32,000 bases of DNA, from NCBI GenBank assembly GCA_049974095.1, contig JBMFJD010000006.1, positions 27,895 through 59,894 of the forward strand, given 5' to 3'. The notes beneath the pieces are model-generated. The model made no database searches, was not told the origin of the DNA, and saw only the letters and a program-made list of their open reading frames with translations. Position numbers and translations under genes: made by a program. This document shows positions 26,107-32,000 of the stretch, one piece after another. How positions within the stretch are numbered: position 1 is the stretch's first letter; each line of letters starts with the position of its first letter. Source of the stretch: Nanopusillaceae archaeon (GTDB taxonomy: Archaea > Nanobdellota > Nanobdellia > Nanobdellales > Nanobdellaceae).

Positions 26107-26328
26107 ATGGTAACAAAAGAAGTTGGTATAAGGAAGTATGAGGAAAAAATAAGATCACCTGAAGCATTAGAAAGCTACTGCAAGAGAATCGCAGAATTCT
26201 TAGAGTTAACTCCAGAGGTAGTTTGTCAATCATTACCTGCAAAACATTGGGAAGAAGCTGTAAAACAACCTGGTATTGGAGAAAGATGGTACGAAAGATA
26301 TAAGGCATCTTTCCTATCCAGATCTTAA
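26107..26328 (+). CDS. Small helical protein, FLG-motif paralog family
   Basis: 73 aa. YCKRIAEFLELTPEVVCQSLPAKHWEEAVKQPGIGERWYERYKASF. Confidence 0.65.
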   Translation: MVTKEVGIRKYEEKIRSPEALESYCKRIAEFLELTPEVVCQSLPAKHWEEAVKQPGIGERWYERYKASFLSRS

Positions 26329-26386
26329 ACATTTTTTATACTTTTTGATATTAAGACTTTTATATAAGAGATTCAATATATATCTT

Positions 26387-27952
26387 ATGAGGAAGTATAT
26401 AAGTTTAACGTTTGTGTTATTTATCCTACCAGCAATTTATTCAGAAGTGTACTATATTAATGCTACAGCTGGATACTATGTAACTAACTTAACATCATCC
26501 CCAACGTATGTACCAGTAGATTATCCTTATACAAGTTATGGGGTAATCTCATGGGAAAATAATAACTTGTGGGTATCTGGAAATAATGCTTTCTTTGTTC
26601 AGTTAAATCTGTCTATAGATCCAAATATATACGACGTTATTATTAAATATGGTGGAATAAATATTACGGCATCTTCTTCAGGTGGTGTAGAAGGATGGGT
26701 GAATAATTTCAATGACGTATACAATTATACATTTGCATGTGGCATTACGTCATCTGGAACTGTATATGGTCAGACAGATCCATGTAGTGTTAATAATTTC
26801 AACTTATCAAGCTATTTGAGACCAGGTGATAATATGATCATAATGTATTGTAATGCTGGGTCAACTTCTACACCATACTGCAACTTTTATTTAACATTAC
26901 CAAAAGGAGTTAAAATAAATAATAACTCCAATATACCTGTATTATATGCTAATATTACTACTGTATCATACATATATAATTATACGAATAATGTGTCTAC
27001 CATATATAATACATCATTTTATAATTTATACAATTATTCATCAAGCGTATATTCAATATATAATGCATCATATATCAAAACTATTCAAAGCGATTTAATA
27101 ATAACACCAAAAGATTATAGTGTAACATCAACAAACAACTCTAAAACAACATCAATAACTGTTGATGTATCTGGATCACAACAGCTACCAATACTTTTAG
27201 TAGCATATTTAGTTACACAAGATAATAATCTAACAAATATAACAGATTATGCACCAACAATAACAGTAAATAATGTCAATTATGGAAATACACCAATAAT
27301 AACATTTATGCATCAGCCACCACTACAAACATATTCAATACAGATAACGGATTATTATCCAAGTTACAAGACACTAGTATTTTTATTTGCATGGAATCCT
27401 AATCAAACAGTAATAGTAGGAATAGCGCCTCTATTAGGTACATATACATATCAAATAGGACAGCCAAAATTGTTGTCATATACAAAATCTGTATCTTTTA
27501 TCTATGGAATACCACTATACATATTTCCAAAGAGAGATTCTAGTAATCCAGCAATACCAGTATTGATAAATATCAAACAGCTATCTGATCAATTAGGTAT
27601 GAATTTGTCATCACAAAGCTTTATAGTAATGAGATATGATCCAATAACTGGAAGCTTTTCTATGGTACCATACTTTGTTGATCCAAATATAAGATATCCA
27701 TATGCATTGATGTTTATAAAAGTACCAGAGTTCAGAGCAAACATACCAGTTATATTATACATATTTGTAACAGATGATAAATATTCTAATTTCGAACAAC
27801 CAAATCTTGTATTCAAATTCTTCGTTAATTTCCAAATACCTTCATATTACTCATTAATAAATCTATATACGACATCGGGAGTAACTTATACACAAACACC
27901 ATTAGGATTACTAGTTAACTTAAATGGTGGTACACTATCAATATATCCATAA
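26387..27952 (+). CDS. Secreted sequon-rich protein: N-terminal jelly-roll-like module + C-terminal DUF2341-like module
   Basis: Start taken at MRKYISLTFVLFILPAIYSE (signal peptide, M38 of the tracked ORF; the extension overlaps ORF 26107). GWVNNFN...FNLSSYLRPGDNMIIMYCNAG resembles a galactose-binding-like fold. The C-terminal FIVMRYDPITGSFSMVPYFVD...YALMFIKVPEFRANIPVILYIFVTDD is DUF2341-like. Confidence 0.8.
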   Translation: MRKYISLTFVLFILPAIYSEVYYINATAGYYVTNLTSSPTYVPVDYPYTSYGVISWENNNLWVSGNNAFFVQLNLSIDPNIYDVIIKYGGINITASSSGGVEGWVNNFNDVYNYTFACGITSSGTVYGQTDPCSVNNFNLSSYLRPGDNMIIMYCNAGSTSTPYCNFYLTLPKGVKINNNSNIPVLYANITTVSYIYNYTNNVSTIYNTSFYNLYNYSSSVYSIYNASYIKTIQSDLIITPKDYSVTSTNNSKTTSITVDVSGSQQLPILLVAYLVTQDNNLTNITDYAPTITVNNVNYGNTPIITFMHQPPLQTYSIQITDYYPSYKTLVFLFAWNPNQTVIVGIAPLLGTYTYQIGQPKLLSYTKSVSFIYGIPLYIFPKRDSSNPAIPVLINIKQLSDQLGMNLSSQSFIVMRYDPITGSFSMVPYFVDPNIRYPYALMFIKVPEFRANIPVILYIFVTDDKYSNFEQPNLVFKFFVNFQIPSYYSLINLYTTSGVTYTQTPLGLLVNLNGGTLSIYP

Positions 27953-27957
27953 TAAAA

Positions 27958-28266
27958 TTATATTGGATAAAATTTATCTTTCTCTTTTTCGTAGAAATAT
28001 TTAGAGTGTTTAATAAAATCTTCTATAGTTAGATTCTTTTCCTTTAGTTTTTTAATCAAATAACTTTTATAAATAAATTGCCATCCCTTTTCTTTAATTT
28101 CATTTAGTAATTCTTCCTCTAATTTTTCTATTTCTTCTATAACTTTTCCTATATCACTTGGTTCTTTTTCATATACATCACTTGCAGGTTTAATAGATAA
28201 AGCATTCAATATTGCATCTAATTTTTTGTTAATTTCGTCAAGATACCTTTTAAGTTCCTCATCCAT
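27958..28266 (-). CDS. Acidic coiled-coil protein
   Basis: 102 aa, E/K-rich heptad-like sequence. The exact 22-nt promoter motif sits 11 nt upstream of the ATG. Confidence 0.6.
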   Translation of the reverse strand: MDEELKRYLDEINKKLDAILNALSIKPASDVYEKEPSDIGKVIEEIEKLEEELLNEIKEKGWQFIYKSYLIKKLKEKNLTIEDFIKHSKYFYEKEKDKFYPI

Positions 28267-28277
28267 TATTACATATT

Positions 28278-28299
28278 ATAACAAATATTTATATGTGTT
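28278..28299 (-). promoter_or_regulatory. Copy 2 of the exact 22-nt promoter/operator-like motif
   Basis: ATAACAAATATTTATATGTGTT, identical to 25470-25491 and with the same 11-nt spacing to the downstream minus-strand ATG (28266). Confidence 0.6.
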
Positions 28300-28302
28300 C
28301 AG

Positions 28303-28539
28303 TTATCTATGCATTCTACTAGTTTTCATTTTCCTAATGAATAGATTTGCTTCTGAAGGGTTATCAAATTGGGCAATTATAATCTCCCAAGATGGAGTAT
28401 CTTCTCTTATAATCTTGAAATGTTTACCACAATATGGGCATAGTTTTACCTTATTTTTGCCATTCCTAACAGAATCATATAATAGTAAATTACCACAATG
28501 TGGACATTCTAATATCCAATATCTCTTAGAATTTACCAT
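28303..28539 (-). CDS. C4 zinc-ribbon protein
   Basis: 78 aa. CPHCGNLLLYD...(13 aa)...CPYCGKHF is a classic two-knuckle zinc ribbon. The layout recalls small archaeal Zn-ribbon families (DUF1922-like, from memory). Confidence 0.65.
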   Translation of the reverse strand: MVNSKRYWILECPHCGNLLLYDSVRNGKNKVKLCPYCGKHFKIIREDTPSWEIIIAQFDNPSEANLFIRKMKTSRMHR

Positions 28540-28954
28540 AAAAATCTGTTATTAATTCTTTAATATCTTTTATAGTGCCTATGTTTCTAGCATTAAATGT
28601 TACCATACTTTTTGCAACATCAACAGCTATTTCACAGTAAGTATCTAAATATTCTTTACATTGAGTTGGTACTACCATCTCAAAATACCCGGTTGGTAAA
28701 ATTCTATTAAATGATATTGATTTTACAAGTTTTGATACAGGATCATATTCTATATATGAAGTTACATATTCTGCTCCAGGTATTGAATTTTTAAGATATT
28801 CTGTTGTCGAATCTGTTAATTCTATTTGGCATATTGGTCTAGAAGAATATTCTGTTGCAGATACTTTTACATTTTTTATTATAATATCTCTATTTAGCAA
28901 TTTAATATTCTCTATGCTCTTTACAACATCTTTACAAGCATCGGGTATGTCCAT
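28526..28954 (-). CDS. Hypothetical protein, distant member of the N-terminal Cys-motif family
   Basis: 142 aa. DACKDVVKSIENIK...PICQIELTD parallels YVCDKIIDNISRRY...GMCSVKIELPD of ORF 29821. 14-nt overlap with the downstream Zn-ribbon gene. Confidence 0.6.
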   Translation of the reverse strand: MDIPDACKDVVKSIENIKLLNRDIIIKNVKVSATEYSSRPICQIELTDSTTEYLKNSIPGAEYVTSYIEYDPVSKLVKSISFNRILPTGYFEMVVPTQCKEYLDTYCEIAVDVAKSMVTFNARNIGTIKDIKELITDFYGKF

Positions 28955-29048
28955 AATTATATAATTAATGTTATACTATATATAATTTACTGCTGATATC
29001 CTACTTTAACAATATATAGTTAATAAGTTTTACATTTAATCATCTTAT

Positions 29049-29372
29049 ATGTCTAATTATAGGATAGGTTATTACTATGAGAGAAAAGTAAAGAAATATC
29101 TTGAGGATAAGGGAAATTATATAGCATGGAGAACACCAGGATCTAAGTCACCAATCGATATAATAGCTATAAACAAGGATACGGGAGAAGTTATACTTAT
29201 ACAAGTTAAAAAAACTAAATACAAAACGCAAGATGATATATATCGTAGTGAGGTAAAAGAATTAGAAAAATTTGCATCAATGTTTAAATCTGATAATATT
29301 AGGGTAGAGTTATGGGTTTTCTCAAATGAGGGCTTATCTATATATCAAATAAATAAGAATAATAAACAATAA
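29049..29372 (+). CDS. hjc: Holliday-junction resolvase Hjc-like PD-(D/E)xK nuclease homolog, with Q in place of the catalytic Glu
   Basis: GYYYERKVKKYLEDKGNYIAWRTPGSKSPIDIIAINKDTGEVILIQVKK aligns by eye with Sulfolobus Hjc GSAVERNIVSRLRDKGFAVVRAPASGSK..PIPDIIALKNGVIILIEMKS. E11, D37 and K54 are present. The ExK Glu is Q52 (CAA at 29202-29204). Confidence 0.75.
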   Translation: MSNYRIGYYYERKVKKYLEDKGNYIAWRTPGSKSPIDIIAINKDTGEVILIQVKKTKYKTQDDIYRSEVKELEKFASMFKSDNIRVELWVFSNEGLSIYQINKNNKQ

Positions 29373-29376
29373 AAAC

Positions 29377-29571
29377 ATGGGTCAATATGAAGGTAGTATT
29401 CTCTATTGGTTAGCTTATACATTATTATTAATATTTATAGTATCAGTAATATTAATATCTGATATTGGACTAATCTACAAAGTAGTTATTGCTATATTAG
29501 GTTTTGTAATATGGATACTAATTACAAAATCATTAGGTATAAAATTAAAAATTTATATGATAAAAAAATAG
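29377..29571 (+). CDS. Small 2-TM membrane protein
   Basis: 64 aa. LYWLAYTLLLIFIVSVILISDIGLIY and VVIAILGFVIWILITKSLG. Confidence 0.45.
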   Translation: MGQYEGSILYWLAYTLLLIFIVSVILISDIGLIYKVVIAILGFVIWILITKSLGIKLKIYMIKK

Positions 29572-29572
29572 C

Positions 29573-29761
29573 ATGTCAAATATGATGCAAATTGAATTTA
29601 ACGTTATGTTACAAATATTAATTATTTTATTTACAAGTATAATTGAGATATTGGTGATATTATACCCAAGTATATTATATTCCGAACCATATAAATACAT
29701 AATTGGACTTTTAATAGCAATTGATATATTGGTATTGCTTGCTCTGTTAAAAGAAATATAG
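29573..29761 (+). CDS. Small 2-TM membrane protein
   Basis: 62 aa, starting 1 nt after the previous stop. I prefer it over the antisense ORF 29545-29802 because of the operon context and its TM-like sequence. Confidence 0.4.
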   Translation: MSNMMQIEFNVMLQILIILFTSIIEILVILYPSILYSEPYKYIIGLLIAIDILVLLALLKEI

Positions 29762-29820
29762 ATAGATATATGAACGGCTATCTGATATATTCTTATAAAC
29801 AATAAACATATATATAACTT

Positions 29821-30204
29821 ATGGAAAAATATGTTTGTGATAAGATTATAGATAATATATCTAGAAGATATAATGTAGTAAGCAGAGATTGGTTTCCTGA
29901 CGGTATGTGTTCGGTTAAAATTGAATTACCAGATTACACAAAAGTAAAATTAAATTTTAATGTTGTTGATAATTCTTTATATGTTGATATGTTTGTACAG
30001 AGACCATTCCAAGAAAAATTAAGAATGTCATACTTTTCAAAAGATTATAACATATATATTGCAGAAGTATATACTTCAAGAGAAGGATTTAATCTATTGT
30101 ATAATTTTGTTGTTGGTGTAAAATTCGATCATGTAAAGGATAAAGATTTTATAATGCAAGGTAGATTTATAGATGAAATGTTGCGCAACTTGAACATAGA
30201 GTAA
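29821..30204 (+). CDS. Hypothetical protein, N-terminal Cys-motif family (intact copy)
   Basis: 127 aa. MEKYVCDKIIDNISRRYNVVSRDWFPDGMCSV parallels the frameshifted gene at 31022. Confidence 0.6.
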   Translation: MEKYVCDKIIDNISRRYNVVSRDWFPDGMCSVKIELPDYTKVKLNFNVVDNSLYVDMFVQRPFQEKLRMSYFSKDYNIYIAEVYTSREGFNLLYNFVVGVKFDHVKDKDFIMQGRFIDEMLRNLNIE

Positions 30205-30272
30205 TAATAGATCACAAAACAAAACCCACATACAAATAAATATTTTTAGCATTGTTATAATAATATAATATT

Positions 30273-30776
30273 ATGGAAATGAGAACATTTAAGGAAAATA
30301 TAGAATGTACAGAAAAACATCTAGAATTTATATACGAAAATCTACATGAGATATCAGAAAAGGTAAGTACTCTAGCACCAGATTTTCTAGACACAATAAA
30401 TAAACTAAGAGGATATATACTATTATACTATAGAACAATACAGGAAATAAAGATAGGATTAAACCAATTAGAATCAAACTATAATGAAGAAATATTCAAC
30501 TACATATATAATAAATTAGACAATATAAGGACAAACCTAAGAACAATAAGAAAAATATTACATAATATGAAAAATACTATTATCGATAGAGAATATGAAA
30601 AATTACTGAAAGATACAGAACCAGACAAACTAAAAGATGCAATAATAAATTATCATTACCCATTAGAAATAGCAAGCCTATTAGAAGAAATTGCAGATAA
30701 TAGGGGAAATCTGTATGCGGCTGAAAGACATCTAACCGAATTCTTAACTGTATTACAAAATAAATTTAAAAAATGA
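30273..30776 (+). CDS. All-helical hypothetical protein
   Basis: 167-aa ORF with coiled-coil-like composition. An A/T box (TAAATATTTTT) lies about 30 nt upstream. Confidence 0.6.
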   Translation: MEMRTFKENIECTEKHLEFIYENLHEISEKVSTLAPDFLDTINKLRGYILLYYRTIQEIKIGLNQLESNYNEEIFNYIYNKLDNIRTNLRTIRKILHNMKNTIIDREYEKLLKDTEPDKLKDAIINYHYPLEIASLLEEIADNRGNLYAAERHLTEFLTVLQNKFKK

Positions 30777-30937
30777 TTGATGAGTGTAGAAAATGTGAAG
30801 ACGATACAAGAATAACAGAAAGAGAAATAAAAGGATTAGATATGACTAGAGATATAAGACAACAACAGGAAGTAAATCCATTACAGAAAGATAAAAAGAA
30901 AGAATTAGAAGAATTAATGAAAACATTAGGTTTATAA
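30773..30937 (+). CDS. Small hypothetical protein (54 aa, below the ORF-track cutoff)
   Basis: My own translation: MIDECRKCEDDTRITEREIKGLDMTRDIRQQQEVNPLQKDKKKELEELMKTLGL. Its ATG overlaps the upstream TGA (ATGA at 30773-30776), suggesting coupling. Confidence 0.35.
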   Translation: MIDECRKCEDDTRITEREIKGLDMTRDIRQQQEVNPLQKDKKKELEELMKTLGL

Positions 30938-31021
30938 ATCACCTAAAATATATTCTTCATCTGTGGATAAGCAGATTTCAAAAATTATAAACATTAACAT
31001 TTTAAGTAGGGATGATAATAT

Positions 31022-31493
31022 ATGTTTATGGCTGATGAATATGTTTGTAAGAGATTAGCTGATGCAATAGAGGATCGTCTTATAGCTAAGAATGTTCAGG
31101 TAAAAGTATAAGTATTATCCAGAAACCGGAGATTGTATAGTATGGTTCTGGAGCAGAGATGAAGTTGAGCTAGCAAATAAAAGGCGCCTTGGTTTTGCAG
31201 ATGCAGAATCATTTGTAAAATATAATGTAAAGGAGGATGCAGTTACACAATTTGGATTACATAGAGTATTACGTGATGATGTAGAAGTCTTTGACATAGC
31301 TCCTGATATACCAGTATCAATACATGTGAACTTTGATAAAAGATTGGTACAGATACATGAAGAACCTGTTGTACCTCCAAGGAAGGTATCACCAGCTACT
31401 ATTATGAGATTAATATATGATGTTTATTATAATGAAGAAGAATATCAAGAATATTTAAGAGAATGGGAATTAACTGATGAAGAAGAGGAATGA
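31022..31493 (+). pseudogene. Frameshifted member of the Cys-motif family (pseudogene, sequencing error or recoding)
   Basis: Frame A (31022-31111) gives MFMADEYVCKRLADAIEDRLIAKNVQVKV and then a stop. Frame B (31104-31493) gives KYKYYPETGDCIVWFWSRDEVELANKRRLG...EWELTDEEEE. Removing one A from GTAAAAG (31100-31106) fuses the two frames. The N-terminus parallels ORF 29821. Confidence 0.5.
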
Positions 31494-31537
31494 AGATATA
31501 TATAATATTTTTTAAACGTCAAATATAGATACATGTA

Positions 31538-31594
31538 ATGGATTGTTCAAAAATCTGTAAAAGATTAATTAATGATATAAAAGATATATTATAA
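31538..31594 (+). other. 18-codon stub resembling the N-terminus of the Cys-motif family
   Basis: MDCSKICKRLINDIKDIL then a stop. Compare EYVCKRLADAIEDRL (31022) and KYVCDKIIDNISRRY (29821). Confidence 0.25.
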
Positions 31595-31670
31595 CAGTAT
31601 ATTTACTACTAGTATAATAGCAATTATACATAATATTTCTATCATAACAATACCAATTTTTATTCAATAA

Positions 31671-31777
31671 GTTCACCATACTGAACGAATATTAATATTT
31701 TTGGTTCACTACATAGAACGAATTTTTTCCTCCCATAGGAAACAACTTTACTAAAATCTTTCCTCCTGAAAGAAAAC
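31671..31777. promoter_or_regulatory. Four short dyad elements at 33-nt spacing (ORB-like); candidate replication origin core
   Basis: E1 GTTCA-CCATAC-TGAAC-GAAT (31671-31690). E2 GTTC-ACTACATA-GAAC-GAAT (31704-31723). E3 TTTCCT-CCCAT-AGGAAA-CAAC (31726-31746). E4 TCTTTC-CTCCT-GAAAGA-AAAC (31757-31777). E1 to E2 and E3 to E4 are each offset by 33 nt. E3 and E4 share TTTCCTCC. Confidence 0.45.
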
Positions 31778-31927
31778 ATATAATATCATAATGTATAATA
31801 TAAAATCGAGATTTGTAGTATAGTAGTCGATAATATTGCCAATATTCTAATCATTTTAATATACATATAATATTGGAAAAAACATATTATTAACAATATA
31901 TATTATAGTAAGTTTATAAGGGTTGTG

Positions 31928-31991
31928 CCACCACCGGGGTTTAAGTTCATTTAGCGAAAAATTTATAAATTTTTCTGTTACTACCGGGTGG
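31928..31991. repeat. GC-clamped nested inverted repeat (outer 8-bp stem with a 2-nt bulge, inner perfect 20-nt palindrome)
   Basis: CCACC(AC)CGG at 31928-31937 pairs with CCGGGTGG at 31984-31991. The inner GAAAAATTTATAAATTTTTC (31956-31975) is its own reverse complement. An A9 run follows at the window end. Confidence 0.7.
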
Positions 31992-32000
31992 AAAAAAAAA

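Larger units (their letters stand above)
1..32000. mobile_element. Archaeal virus-like (or provirus/plasmid-like) element; its boundaries are not visible in the window
   Basis: Dense small-gene architecture with overlapping stops and starts. No cellular housekeeping, tRNA or rRNA genes. Contains MCM-like, Hjc-like, RHH, wHTH and Zn-ribbon genes plus a large block of secreted, sequon-rich proteins. Inferred from gene content only. Confidence 0.55.

Noticed and set aside
26276-26386. 37-codon N-terminal extension of ORF 26276-27952, and the TTG-started extension 25535-25594 of ORF 25535-25807
   Set aside because: The first overlaps the paralog gene 26107-26328 and precedes an obvious signal peptide that starts at M38. 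The second precedes the MVK start shared with the paralogs.
28226-28555. Plus-strand ORF 28226-28555 and minus-strand ORF 29545-29802
   Set aside because: They are antisense to better-supported genes: the zinc-ribbon gene with its paired CxxC knuckles, and the operon-embedded 2-TM gene 29573-29761. Their own products have no features.
31671-31777. Repeated dyads considered as a CRISPR array
   Set aside because: There are only two pairs of 20-nt imperfect repeats with spacers of 10-13 nt. That is far too short and irregular for repeat-spacer architecture, and no cas genes are present.
31919-31991. GC-rich patch GGGTTGTGCCACCACCGGGG... considered as a tRNA gene or tRNA-derived att site
   Set aside because: I could not fold it into acceptor, D and T arms on either strand. 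There is no GTTCRAnnC T-loop and no complementary acceptor 3' half in the window. I kept it only as an unexplained palindrome.
31992-32000. Terminal A9 run as a poly(A) tail or assembly artefact
   Set aside because: This cannot be judged without the sequence beyond the window. A-runs of this length are unremarkable in DNA this AT-rich.

Overview
AT-rich window (about 30% G+C by eye: 19 G/C in nt 1-60, rising to about 45% in nt 17401-17460). It is almost gap-free coding, with about 40 genes. I see no rRNA, tRNA, CRISPR array or housekeeping gene. The expression signals look archaeal. A/T-rich TATA-like boxes sit 20-35 nt upstream of many ATGs, with little or no leader. T-tracts follow operon ends. 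Many genes are joined by ATGA start/stop overlaps.

Content falls into four groups. (1) Long plus-strand blocks (218-1929, 3512-19471, 20653-24770, 25595-27952) are dominated by polytopic membrane proteins and very large signal-peptide proteins of 473-1270 aa. These are saturated with N-x-S/T sequons, built from repeated beta-sandwich modules, and mostly end in a TM helix plus a basic tail. (2) A replication/recombination set comprises a short MCM-type AAA+ helicase (19458-20615, minus), a possible minimal AEP primase-polymerase-like protein (24772-25458, minus) and an Hjc-type resolvase homolog (29049-29372). (3) Small regulators include one RHH protein, two wHTH proteins and a C4 zinc ribbon. 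(4) A 400-nt non-coding tail (31595-32000) carries four short dyads at 33-nt spacing plus a GC-clamped nested palindrome; I read it as a candidate replication origin.

The best reading is most of the genome of an uncharacterised archaeal virus, or a provirus or plasmid, from a low-GC and probably heavily N-glycosylating (thermoacidophile-like) host. Other points of interest are a 22-nt promoter/operator-like motif present four times, two small paralog families (one with a frameshifted copy and a truncated stub), and a CPBP-like intramembrane protease gene embedded among the tail-anchored glycoprotein genes.

All functional calls come from reading motifs by eye. No database or profile search was possible, so family assignments other than MCM and Hjc are hypotheses.
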